The notes below the pieces were generated by a model. That model was not told where the DNA came from, ran no database searches, and saw nothing but the letters and a program-made list of their open reading frames with translations. The translations under genes and the position numbers were made by a program. Shown here piece after piece: positions 44,468 through 54,500 of a DNA stretch of 64,000 nucleotides (positions are counted from its first letter, which is position 1; each line of letters begins with the position of its first letter). Source of the stretch: an uncultured Myxococcales bacterium (GTDB lineage Bacteria; Myxococcota_A; Polyangia; Polyangiales; Houyiibacteriaceae); assembly GCA_965601515.1 (NCBI GenBank), contig CBFCWN010000007.1:4992-68991 (forward strand), written 5' to 3'.

Positions 44468-45568
44468 ATGGCAGGTAACACTTTCGGTCGGGCCTTCCGC
44501 GTGACGACGGCGGGCGAGAGTCACGGCCCGGCAAACGTTGTCATCATCGACGGCTGTCCGCCTGGGCTTCCTCTGTCGGAAGAAGACCTGATTCCGGATC
44601 TCGAGCGTCGACGACCGGGCCAAAGCAAGATCGTCACCCAGAGGAAGGAGCCGGACGCCCCGGAGATTCTGTCGGGTGTCTTCGAGGGAGTGACCACCGG
44701 CACTCCGATCGCAATCGCCGTTCGCAACAAGGACCAACGCACGCGCGACTACTCGAACATCAAGGACCTCTACCGCCCGGGTCACGCCGACTTCACGTTC
44801 GACGCGAAGTTTGGGCGCCGCGACTATCGAGGCGGCGGGCGAAGTAGTGCGCGCGAAACGGTTGCCCGCGTTGCGGCCGGCGCAGTCGCCAAGAAACTGA
44901 TCGCGCACGCCTTTGATGGCGAGGTCGTCGGATATGTGACTCAGGTCGGCGATGTCGAAGCAAAGGTTTCCGAACACGTCACGCTCGAGCAGGTCGAAAC
45001 CTTGCCGGGTGGCGAGCCCAACATCGTTCGATGCCCCGACCCCATCGCGGCCGAAAAGATGGTCAAACTCATCGAAAGGATGCGGAAGGACCAGGATTCG
45101 GTCGGCGGAATTGCGGAGCTCGTCGCCCGGAACGTTCCGGCAGGCCTCGGTGAACCGGTGTTCGACAAGCTCAAGGCAGACCTCGGGAAAGCGCTGTTCA
45201 GTCTGCCCGCGGTGCTTGGCGTCGAGTACGGGGCCGGCTTTGCTGTCGCGCGCGCACGCGGAAGTGAAAACAACGACGCGTTCGAGACCGATGCGAGCGG
45301 CAACGTCACCACCCGATCCAATCGACACGGCGGAATGCTCGGCGGGATCTCGAGCGGCATGCCGATCGTGCTTCGAGCAGCCATCAAGCCGACGAGCAGC
45401 CTCCCGCGTACGCAAGACACCGTCACATCAGACGGCGAGTCCGCGACGATACGCACCACGGGCCGACACGACCCGTGCCTTCTTCCTCGCTTCGTTCCGA
45501 TGGGCGAAGCGATGGTCGCGATCGTTCTGGCTGACCATTGGCTGCGCTGGCGAGCGATCCGCGACTAG
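44468..45568 (+). CDS. aroC: Chorismate synthase
   Basis: The sequence carries MAGNTFGRAFRVTTAGESHGPANVVIIDGCPPGL...RPGHADFT...GGGRSSARET... Confidence 0.96.
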   Translation: MAGNTFGRAFRVTTAGESHGPANVVIIDGCPPGLPLSEEDLIPDLERRRPGQSKIVTQRKEPDAPEILSGVFEGVTTGTPIAIAVRNKDQRTRDYSNIKDLYRPGHADFTFDAKFGRRDYRGGGRSSARETVARVAAGAVAKKLIAHAFDGEVVGYVTQVGDVEAKVSEHVTLEQVETLPGGEPNIVRCPDPIAAEKMVKLIERMRKDQDSVGGIAELVARNVPAGLGEPVFDKLKADLGKALFSLPAVLGVEYGAGFAVARARGSENNDAFETDASGNVTTRSNRHGGMLGGISSGMPIVLRAAIKPTSSLPRTQDTVTSDGESATIRTTGRHDPCLLPRFVPMGEAMVAIVLADHWLRWRAIRD

Positions 45569-45804
45569 CGCGCGAAGTTCCAGGCGACGATTGCGATCGC
45601 CGCGGTGACGAACACCGCGGTCCAGAGGAGACTGCCGCCCCCCTTCTCGTTCGAGTCTCCCGTACCGACGGCACGGCGGAAACCACCGACCATGTTGCCC
45701 ATGACACCGTGCGTTTGCGCGCTGCCCACCGTGTTGCGAGAGGGGCCGCCCTTCTTCTGACGCTTCTTCTTGGTGGAGCTCTTCTTCTGATACCGCTTCG
45801 CCAT
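45565..45804 (-). CDS. Small Lys-rich, C-terminally anchored membrane protein (hypothetical)
   Basis: The 79-aa sequence is MAKRYQKKSSTKKKRQKKGG...SLLWTAVFVTAAIAIVAWNFAR. GC3 is high. It starts 11 nt downstream of the cytochrome gene stop. Its stop overlaps the aroC stop (CTAG). Confidence 0.6.
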   Translation of the reverse strand: MAKRYQKKSSTKKKRQKKGGPSRNTVGSAQTHGVMGNMVGGFRRAVGTGDSNEKGGGSLLWTAVFVTAAIAIVAWNFAR

Positions 45805-45815
45805 CGCAGCTCATC

Positions 45816-47975
45816 CTATCTGGGATCGAGCCTCGCATGGAAGCGTTTTGTGGGAGGTGTGAGGATGTAGTGCGGTATCGGTTGCCGGTCCCTACGGCAC
45901 ACTTCGTGCGTTTGCTCACATGCCGCGAGCCGGGCGGACTGAACATCGGGCGCTCGGACGGCAAGCCACCTACGCTCTGCCGCGTCCGCCTGAGAGTCGC
46001 CAAGCGCTCGAAGCGAGAGCGCCCTCGTACGCAGCAGGTGCTCGTCGTGCGGCGAGAGTGCAAGGCCGCGCTCGGCCGCGTGCAACGCTTCGATGTCCTT
46101 CCCGAGGCTTCCGTAGGTCCGGGCTAAGCTACGCCACGCCGCCGGATCGTTCGGCGATGTGTCCACGACACGCTCGTACCACCTTGCGGCGTCTTGCCAA
46201 CGCCAGACGCGTGCCAACGCATCTCCGCGAAGTCGGTCGAGGACCGGATGAGGTCCGACTAGCGATTCGGCTCGGTCAGAGAGCTCCATGCTCTTCTCCG
46301 GTCGACCCTGCGCGGCGGCCAGGCGGGCGCTGAGCGCAAACGCCCTCGCGCGCGCAGAAGTGTCGTCCGCATCCCTCGCCAAACGAAGCGCGCGTTCGAT
46401 GCTGGCTCTCGCGAGCCCCACGCGTTCTTGTCGTCCATGAAGCAGCGCGAGCCCCTGCGTGAGAAGCCGCTCGTAGTCGGGCCTTGCGGCGCCACCGGTT
46501 CGCGTTTTCTCACGAGCGCCTCGTCCAAGCCATACGGTGGCTTCTCCGACACTCGTGACGGGCTCCGCAAGACACGGGTCGATCGGAATCTTGCCGCGCT
46601 GCGCCGCCCCGAGCGCGAAGGCCAGTCCTCGCTCCGTTCGACTGGCCTCGCATGCGACCTTCTGAAAGTCGGGTGCGTGTTTGCGGTGCAAGAGGCGGAC
46701 GTCGACGCGCAGGGGAAGGACAAGATGCGGAGGTAGCTTCATCGAGTAGCGCACTGCACGCGCGTCGTGGGGTCCGAGGGTGCGATCGAACGCCGGCGTC
46801 GAGAACCGGTGAACGCGATGGAGTCGCTCGGGACGCGCGTCGGCGTCGAGAACGGTCGCGCGTAGCGAAAACACTTCGTCGTCGGAGAATTCGCCTCGAC
46901 GTGAGGCGGCAAGCTCGCGACCATTCGCATCGCGAACGATGACCTCGACCCAGCTGTCCTGAAGGTCCCGAATGCCACCCGGGAACCGGTGTCCGACCTT
47001 CGAGTTTTCCAAGAGGACGTCGAACACGAGCCGTTCCGACGGCCGCGGCGTGGCCTCGCGTGGGAACAAGACTCGCCGGGTGCCGTTCCGCACTGCGCCG
47101 ACGTCGACGATCACCGCACCGACGAGCGCGTCTCGTACCTGTGAGATCAGTGCGTCGTCTCCAAGCTGCGCAGCCAACGCCGTGTGGGAGGCGCCCCAGC
47201 GGTGGCTTCGAATGACGCCGTCTCTCGCGCCAGCCATTTCATGCGGCGAAGCGGCTTCGCTCGGCATGTGACACGCCTGGCAACTTTGTGGATCAGCGGA
47301 TGCGAGGTGCCACGTCGCAGCACCGGCATACGCGGAGGAGGCCCAGTCGCCGATGTCGTCGATCCCGGTGAGGTGATGCTCGTTCCCAATGTCCGTACCC
47401 GAGAACGACCGATGGCAGCTCCCGCACAGCTCCGCGCTTCGAAGCGGCGACATCGTGAGCTGCTCTCGGTGCCTTCGGATTTCGTCCTCTCGTGCGGGGT
47501 CCGGAATCAACACCGCGTCGCCTGAGAGCGCGTAGCTCCCGTTTCCGTCAGGTCGGGTCGATTCGCTCCCATGGCAGACGAGGCAGGTGATGCCGGCGTA
47601 TGCAAGGGCCGAGTCTGGCCGAACGTCTCGATCGATCTCGCCTGAAAGCAGCAGGAGGGGGTCGTGGCATCCTGCACAAAAACGGCTCTCGCGAAGGCCC
47701 CGTTCCTCTCGGAATGCATCGACGCTGGCTCGGTACCACGGATTGTCGAACGATGCGTAGCTATGAACGCTCGACTCCCAGTGCGAGGCGACGTCGGCGT
47801 GGCAGCTCGTACAGTCGTCGGTTTTCGCGAGTCGATCGAGAGCGATCCGCGGGGCCACGACCTCCGGCGAGGGCGCGGGCGAGGTGCAGCCCGACACGGC
47901 CACTAGGATGACCGGGACCGCGAGAAACGACGATGCTCGCCAGCGTGCCATGCTCCTAGGGACGTGCGAGCGCAT
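45816..47975 (-). CDS. Lipoprotein with a five-CxxCH multihaem cytochrome c domain fused to C-terminal TPR repeats
   Basis: The lipobox is VAVSGC. The CxxCH motifs are CTSCH, CAGCH, CLVCH, CGSCH and CQACH. The C-terminal third has TPR-like repeats (...AWRSLARTYGSLGKDIEALHAAERGLALSPHDE...). Confidence 0.85.
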   Translation of the reverse strand: MRSHVPRSMARWRASSFLAVPVILVAVSGCTSPAPSPEVVAPRIALDRLAKTDDCTSCHADVASHWESSVHSYASFDNPWYRASVDAFREERGLRESRFCAGCHDPLLLLSGEIDRDVRPDSALAYAGITCLVCHGSESTRPDGNGSYALSGDAVLIPDPAREDEIRRHREQLTMSPLRSAELCGSCHRSFSGTDIGNEHHLTGIDDIGDWASSAYAGAATWHLASADPQSCQACHMPSEAASPHEMAGARDGVIRSHRWGASHTALAAQLGDDALISQVRDALVGAVIVDVGAVRNGTRRVLFPREATPRPSERLVFDVLLENSKVGHRFPGGIRDLQDSWVEVIVRDANGRELAASRRGEFSDDEVFSLRATVLDADARPERLHRVHRFSTPAFDRTLGPHDARAVRYSMKLPPHLVLPLRVDVRLLHRKHAPDFQKVACEASRTERGLAFALGAAQRGKIPIDPCLAEPVTSVGEATVWLGRGAREKTRTGGAARPDYERLLTQGLALLHGRQERVGLARASIERALRLARDADDTSARARAFALSARLAAAQGRPEKSMELSDRAESLVGPHPVLDRLRGDALARVWRWQDAARWYERVVDTSPNDPAAWRSLARTYGSLGKDIEALHAAERGLALSPHDEHLLRTRALSLRALGDSQADAAERRWLAVRAPDVQSARLAACEQTHEVCRRDRQPIPHYILTPPTKRFHARLDPR

Positions 47976-47993
47976 GATTTGGATCTATCGCGC

Positions 47994-48815
47994 CTACAGG
48001 GTGCCGATGCTCACGAAAATCTGCGTCAAAAGAGCGTCCGCCATCAGGATGCTGATCGAGACGACCACGACTGCACGGGTCGTCGAGCGTCCGACGCCCT
48101 CGGTTCCGCCGCGGGTCTGCAAGCCGAAGTAGCAGCCTAGCGTGCCGATGAGAAACCCGAAAAAGGGCGTCTTCGCAACCCCGCTCGCGAAGTCGTTCAG
48201 GCGGAGCGAATCGAGCGCGGTCGAGAAGAAGAACTCCGTCGGGATACCGTACGAGAGGGCGGCGACCATCATCGAGCTCAGCATGCCGAGGATGAACGCG
48301 ATGAAGGTGATCAGCGGCATGATGGTGATGCACGCCATCAGTCGAGGTACGACTAGACGCCGGATCGGATCGGCCCCTAGCGCGCGAATCGCGTCGACCT
48401 GCTCCGTCACGGTCATCGAACCAAGCTCGGCAGCGATGCCCGCGGCGATTCGACTGCCCACGACGAGCGCGGTGAGCGACGGCGCGAGCTCGCGCGCTTC
48501 AGAGACCGCGATGACTCGACCCAGCGTGTCTTTCGCGCCGAAGGCTTCCATCGACACGGCGAACTGAATCGTCATGACGATACCGACGAAGATCGCCGTG
48601 GCGGCGGCGATGGCCAAACTTCGGACCCCGAGCGCCTCGACCTGGTACACGAACTCGCCCGCGTCGAACCGGGAAGTGAACAGTGTCCGAAACGTTCGAC
48701 CCGCGAGCAGCGTCGCGCCGCCAACTTCCTCGACGAACCGACGAAGTCTTTGAAGCTGCTGGTCGCCCCACGAGGTGAAGCTTCCCGGCCTCGTCGATGG
48801 GGCGGCCGCCGTCAC
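47994..48815 (-). CDS. mlaE: MlaE-like ABC transporter permease
   Basis: The sequence carries ...GVRSLAIAAATAIFVGIVMTIQFA...ARELAPSLTALVVGSRIAAGIAAELGSMTVTEQVDAIRALGADPIRRLVVPRL... No ATG is available, so I set a GTG start at 48815, which overlaps the upstream stop (GTGA). Confidence 0.85.
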   Translation of the reverse strand: MTAAAPSTRPGSFTSWGDQQLQRLRRFVEEVGGATLLAGRTFRTLFTSRFDAGEFVYQVEALGVRSLAIAAATAIFVGIVMTIQFAVSMEAFGAKDTLGRVIAVSEARELAPSLTALVVGSRIAAGIAAELGSMTVTEQVDAIRALGADPIRRLVVPRLMACITIMPLITFIAFILGMLSSMMVAALSYGIPTEFFFSTALDSLRLNDFASGVAKTPFFGFLIGTLGCYFGLQTRGGTEGVGRSTTRAVVVVSISILMADALLTQIFVSIGTL

Positions 48816-49378
48816 GACGAGCCTACGTCCGTCGTGAAGCCGGAGACCATTTGATCGAAATCGGGGAGGGCAGACTCGAAGGCTTCGCCAGGCGGCGTGA
48901 TCAGCCCGAAGTCGTAAACGCAGTCGTTCTTTTTCAGAATCTGGAGAACGATCTCTCGCGGCACTCCGTCGAGCTTCGCGATCAGGTGGGTCCGCAGGGC
49001 CTCCCGTCCGTCCATCGGGACGACCTCTTCGTCGATCACGTCTCGGTCGGTGAAGCCGATCAGCAGGTGGCCGCGAAGCGCCTTCAGAGGGATGTCGAGC
49101 GCGGGGTCGCAGTTGGTGTCGACGTGCATGACCGCCTCCTTGGCATCGCTGTGCCACGCGAGATCGTTGTGATCGTCGACCGTGACGGGGGTCCACTCGG
49201 ACGATACGTCTCCGATGCGATAGGTGGTCTGCGCCCCTCGGTACACGTCGTTTTGCAGTGCACCGGTCGTCGCACAACCCATCGCAGTGAGGCCCGCGAA
49301 GAGCCAGGTTCCCAGCCACCGACTCACGAGGGCAGACTGTAGCAGGCCCCGGTTCCTTGTCGATTTACACAATTCCAC
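48812..49378 (-). CDS. Lipoprotein, function unknown
   Basis: The lipobox is GLTAMGC. The soluble domain is about 150 aa with no motif I recognise. It is translationally coupled to the mlaE-like gene. Confidence 0.65.
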   Translation of the reverse strand: MELCKSTRNRGLLQSALVSRWLGTWLFAGLTAMGCATTGALQNDVYRGAQTTYRIGDVSSEWTPVTVDDHNDLAWHSDAKEAVMHVDTNCDPALDIPLKALRGHLLIGFTDRDVIDEEVVPMDGREALRTHLIAKLDGVPREIVLQILKKNDCVYDFGLITPPGEAFESALPDFDQMVSGFTTDVGSS

Positions 49379-49424
49379 TCGAAAGCGGGCCGTCCCCCTT
49401 ATCCTTCGCTACACTGAAAGGACC

Positions 49425-51497
49425 GTGAGTCGGGGGGCTTCCAAAGAACGGTCCGCAGAGGTGCGTGGAATTGCGATCTTGGATCGCCTCGTCGCCGAAG
49501 GCCGAATTGCGCCGAGTCTCTACGATGAGGTGGTCATTCACGCGCAGCGGACGCAGTCGACCGCCGAGGAGTCGATTCTGCAGCTCGGGCTCGTGACCGA
49601 GCCTGAGCTCCTCAAGTACATTGCGGGCCTTTTCAGGACGCGATTCGTGGGCTCCGAGAAGCTTTCGAAGGCGGCAGTCGACCCGTGGCTCCTCGGCAAA
49701 GTCCCGAAGAAGCTCGCCAAGCGCCTTACGGCTTTCCCGATTCTCTACGATGCACGAAGTCGAGCGCTGTCCGTCGTCGCGGCGGATGTGAGCGACGACG
49801 ACGTGCGTCAGCAGATGCAGTTCGCGACCGGAGCCCGAGAGGTAAAGGTATACGTCGCTCGCGAAGCGGCGATCCGCGCGGCCATCGCGAAGCACTACGA
49901 CCAGAACAATGGGCCTTTCGAAATGCTCCTGAGCGGGGCGTCCTCTCGAAAGGTGCACTCCGTCCAGGAGCCCGAGGTTCCGCCGGGCTGGGGCCAGATG
50001 TTCGACGAAGACAGCGGCGAGCTCATCCAGAACAAAGCCGCCGTCCACGTCGACACCGAAAGCGTGGCCAACGACCGTCAGCCGGAACCCCTGCCCGAGC
50101 CCGAGCCGGACTCCGAGGGGCCGCCACCCCAGACGCATGCGCGCGCAGCGGTGGGTCGGGTCTCGCAAGACGCGGAGCCCGAGCCGACGCCGGGCGCGCA
50201 GCTCTCGGTCGATCCCGAGATGTACATTCAGACGCTCAGCGTCTTGGTCACTCTGATCGAGCGGCTCAATCAGGATCGCGGCGGCCATTCGATGCGGGTC
50301 GCACGCCTCTGCAAACAGCTCGGTGAGCGAATTCGCCTCACGGAAGCGCAGATTCAGGGGATTCTCGTCGCCGCGTACCTTCACGATCTCGGCGTCGCCG
50401 CTAGCTCACACGTCACGGGCTTCGACGTGCTTCAGGATCGCACGAGACGCGACCTCGCGCGGCGGGTGTACACCGCTCCGAGTCGGCTTCTCGAGTCCGT
50501 GGCGCTTCCGGCGCCCGCGGTAGAGGCTCTGCGGCACCGCTTCGAGCAGTTCGACGGAAAGGGCTTTCCAGAGCGTTTGGCGGGCAAGAACATTCCACTC
50601 GGCGCCCGTGTGCTCGCCGTTGCCGAGAGCTACGTCGACCTCACTCAAAACAAGGCCAACATCCTCGGCCGTCGCTTGGCCCCAGACGACGCGTGTGACG
50701 AGCTCGATCGGCACAAGGGCACCGGCTTTGATCCCGCGCTCGTGGACTGGTTGCGGCAGATCGTTGTCGGCGACGAGGTCGGTAGCGGGCTTCTTTCCGT
50801 GCGGCACCGCGCTCTCATCGTCGATCCGGACCCGGAGGAGACCGCCGTTCTCGAGGTTCAGTTCACGTCGCAGGGCTACGAGGTCGTCATCGAACGAACG
50901 ATGGACGGTGGACTTCGGGCCCTCGACGCGGAGTCGTTCGATGTGGTCGTGAGCGAGGTGCGCCTGACGGACGGTAGCGGATTCGATTTTCTCGAGCGGC
51001 TCCGTCGTTCCGGAAGCACGGTTCCTCTGATGTTCGTCACCGCGGAACGCGACCAGGCGTCCGTCAATCGCGGGCTCGAACTCGGCGCTTCGGACTACGT
51101 GGTGAAGCCGGCGTCGGCGCCTGTGGTGGTTGCCAAGGCGGGTCGAATCCTTGGTGACGTCCCTGTGAAGAGGCAGGTGACCAGGGGTATTTCGGGTTCC
51201 CTTCAAGAGATGGGACTGCCCGACGTGATTCAAATCCTCGCGAACGGTCGCAAGAGCGGAAAGCTCCTCGTGACGAGCGGCAGGCTGCACGGCGAGATGC
51301 TCTTCCAAGACGGCTCGATTCACGACGCCACATTTGGCGACCTCGCGGGCGCCGAAGCGGTGTATGGAATCCTACGATTGACCGAGGGCGATTTCGCGCT
51401 CGAGCCCGACAACAGGCCCGTCGACGACGCCATCGGCATTCCGACGCATCACCTCCTGCTCGAGGCAATGCGCCGCCTCGACGAAGAGCAGCGCTAG
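49425..51497 (+). CDS. Four-module signalling protein: T2SS-E N-terminal (MshEN-like) domain, divergent HD-GYP, atypical receiver and DUF4388
   Basis: The MshEN-like part reads ILDRLVAEGRIAPSLYDEVVIHAQ...LQLGLVTEPELLKYIA...FPILYD. The HD part has HSMRVARL...AAYLHDLG...FDGKGFPERLAGKNIPLGARVLAVAESYVDL. The receiver reads ALIVDPDPEE...FDVVVSEVRLTDGSG...FVTA...VVKP. The DUF4388 part reads ISGSLQEMGLPDVIQILANGRKSGKLLV. I set the start at GTG 49425; the track ORF begins at 49224. Confidence 0.85.
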   Translation: MSRGASKERSAEVRGIAILDRLVAEGRIAPSLYDEVVIHAQRTQSTAEESILQLGLVTEPELLKYIAGLFRTRFVGSEKLSKAAVDPWLLGKVPKKLAKRLTAFPILYDARSRALSVVAADVSDDDVRQQMQFATGAREVKVYVAREAAIRAAIAKHYDQNNGPFEMLLSGASSRKVHSVQEPEVPPGWGQMFDEDSGELIQNKAAVHVDTESVANDRQPEPLPEPEPDSEGPPPQTHARAAVGRVSQDAEPEPTPGAQLSVDPEMYIQTLSVLVTLIERLNQDRGGHSMRVARLCKQLGERIRLTEAQIQGILVAAYLHDLGVAASSHVTGFDVLQDRTRRDLARRVYTAPSRLLESVALPAPAVEALRHRFEQFDGKGFPERLAGKNIPLGARVLAVAESYVDLTQNKANILGRRLAPDDACDELDRHKGTGFDPALVDWLRQIVVGDEVGSGLLSVRHRALIVDPDPEETAVLEVQFTSQGYEVVIERTMDGGLRALDAESFDVVVSEVRLTDGSGFDFLERLRRSGSTVPLMFVTAERDQASVNRGLELGASDYVVKPASAPVVVAKAGRILGDVPVKRQVTRGISGSLQEMGLPDVIQILANGRKSGKLLVTSGRLHGEMLFQDGSIHDATFGDLAGAEAVYGILRLTEGDFALEPDNRPVDDAIGIPTHHLLLEAMRRLDEEQR

Positions 51498-51543
51498 CAC
51501 CCACCAGGTGTTCAGCGGCCAACGAGTTTGAGCGCAGCAAGCG

Positions 51544-54500
51544 GTGGGATATGCTGCTGAGGTGCGCTTGTGCCATCAGTGTGGGGCGTCGGTTGGAGAC
51601 TCTGCGCGCTTCTGTTCTGCATGTGGGGCTTCGTTCGACGAGGGTGATCGAGATGGTTCCGCCGATCCGCTCGTCGGGCGCGTCGTTGGCGGAAGCTACC
51701 TCCTTCAGGAGGTCGTCGGCGTCGGCGGCATGGGGCGTGTCTACAAGGCCGAGCAGTCCACGCTCGGTCGCACCGTTGCCGTAAAGGTGATCCACCCTCA
51801 TTTGCTCGGCGACGAGCAGACGGTTGCGAGGTTCTACCAAGAGGCCCGCGCCTCGAGCCGCCTCAACCACCCGCACAGCGTCAGCATCATCGACTTCGGC
51901 CGGACCGACGACGGGATCCTCTACCTGGCGATGGAGTTTCTCAGTGGGAAAGACCTCGCTCTCGTCATGCACGAAGAAGGGCCGCTCGCGCTCGACCGGA
52001 TCTGCAACATTCTGATCAACACGCTCGACGCTCTTGGCGAAGCGCATGAGCTAGGCATCGTTCACCGCGACCTAAAGCCTGAGAACATCATCTTGAGACC
52101 GCTTCGGTCCGGCGAGGACCTCGTCAAAGTCGTGGACTTCGGGTTGGCCACCATTCTCGGCAAGGAAAGCTCCATCACCAAGCCAGGCCTCGTCTGCGGG
52201 ACGCCCGACTACATGTCGCCCGAGCAAGGACGAGGGGACAACGTGGACGGTCGTGGCGATCTCTACGCGCTAGGTGTGGTGCTCTTCGAGCTGATCGTCG
52301 GGCATCTGCCGTACATCGATGATACCCCGACGCGCGTGGTGCTTCGCCACCTGAACGACCCGGTTCCGGATCCAAGACGAGTCAACCCGCGTCGCAACGT
52401 ACCCGACAGGCTCGCCGAGCTCACGATGAAGGCGTTGGCGAAGCGCGCGAGTGAACGCTTTCAAGTGGCGCGCGACATGCAGGAGGCGCTGCGCGGCGCG
52501 CTCGAGGAGATGCGCGTTCAGCCTTCATCGGTGACGCCTTGCCCGAGCTGTGGCGCGCCGGTCGCCGGCGCGCAGAATTTCTGCGGTGAGTGCGGATCAA
52601 GGCTGACCGAAGCCGAGCCCGCGCTTGGGAGCAATCGGTCGATTCGGCCGTCGTTCTATCCGCCCCTCGGCTCCCAACGCGACTTCGTCGGAAGAGGCGA
52701 GCAGCTGCAGCAGATTCGAGAGAGTCGTCATACGGCTACGCAGGGCGCGCATTGGGTTCACGTCTACGGCGAGCCCGGCGTTGGGAAGACCCGCTTCCTC
52801 ACCGAGATTGCCGAAGTGGCCGCGGCGGAAGGCGACCTCGTCGTTGGGGCGGGAGCGCATCCGACTGGGGCGCCCGTGCCGTACGCGGCGATTCGGACCG
52901 TGCTCACGGAGCTCCTCGAGGTCGATGATTCCGAGCTGGCTCGCATGGCGAAACGAAGTGACGAGATCGGGTCGACGCTGGCGGCTGCGGGCATCGACGA
53001 GGTCATGAACCCGCAGGGAGTCTCGAGCGGAGACGGGCGCTCGCGTACCGGGGCAGTTGCAGAGGCACTCGCAAGCGCGGTTCGGCGATCGCGCGGCCGC
53101 GCATCGAGTGGGCGTGTCATGCTGATCATCGACGACCTCAACCACTGCGACGGCCTCACGCAGCGCAGCGTGATCGAGCTTGCCCGGGTTCTCGGCAGCG
53201 AGCCCGTGTTGCTGGTTACCGCTGCCGACCACGATCGCGGTGTACTGGCAAACGAGAATCTTCACCTCGAGGGGTTCACCTCCGAGGAAGCCGAACGTTT
53301 TCTTGCTGGCTCCTATCACCTCCGACTGGTCTCGGGCCTCACCGAGCTGGCGGCTTCCATGGGTGGGAATATCTTGCCCCTGCACCTCGAGCAGCTCGAG
53401 GCGCTTGGTATCTCGCCGGACGACGGGCCCCCGCCGCGACTCGCGGATGCGATCGCGCAGCGCATCGAGCGCCTCGACGTCGAAGGTCAAAGGCTTCTTC
53501 AGTCGGCTGCGGTGCTCGGCCGCACCTGTGACCTCGACACGCTACGGGAGGTTGCAGGCGACGACGACCTGCGCGGCCTCGACGAGCTCGTTGGCAACTC
53601 GCTCGTCCAGCTCGATGGCACCAAGGCAAGCATCACCCACCCGTTCATCGCGGAGCTCGTCGCTGCCACCATTCCCGCGGAGGCCCGCCGCGAGGTCCAC
53701 CGTCGCGCGTTCGAGGTGCTGAGCGAGCTCCGGGCACCCGAGGAGGTGCGCTCGGCCCACGCCTATCGTGGCGTCGACGCGGTGACGAGCCTCGTCGTGC
53801 TGGAGAAGGCAGGCGACGCGGCGAGCGCCCGAGGCGACCACCTCGGCGCCGTGCTCGAGTACCGCCGCGCTCTCGAGATCGCACGTCGGGAGACCCTCGA
53901 AAGCGGTGACACGGTGTACGACACGGCGATCGCCACGTTCAGCCGAAAGCTCGGTGAGGCGCTGGCTCGCGCAGGCGATCCGTCTGGCGCCGACGGCGTC
54001 CTCCGGGAGGCCATGGACCTGACGGCGCCGACGAGTCCAGACCGCGCCAAGATGCTTCTGTCGCTCGGTCGCATTGCCTCGCGTCGCGACCGACCGCGAG
54101 ACGCCATGCGACACTTTGGACAGGCGCTCGAGCTCGTTGCCGGGGTCGAGCCCGATGTCGAGTCACACCTTCAGGTGGCAATCGGCCGTGTCCGCCGCAT
54201 CGACGGAGACCCGCACCATGCCGCAAACGCCTATCGGCGCGCGCTCGAATTGTTTGGCGAGCTTGGCGCCAGCGGCGACGTGCTCCTTCGCACGAGGCTG
54301 GAGCTCGCCGATGCGCTCACCGCGGCTGGCGATCATGAAGCGGCCGCCGCCGAGCTTCGAACGGTGGAACGCGACGGGAAGATCGACGGTCTCACCGGAC
54401 TCGTTGCGCGCGCCGTAGGAATGCTTGGCTCGGTCGACGAGCTCGCAGGGAGGGCCCGGGACGCTCAGGTCCGATACGAAGAGGCCGCGTCTCTTGCCGC

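Noticed and set aside
44129-45415. 428-aa minus-strand ORF
   Set aside because: It is antisense to chorismate synthase, which is canonical along its whole length.
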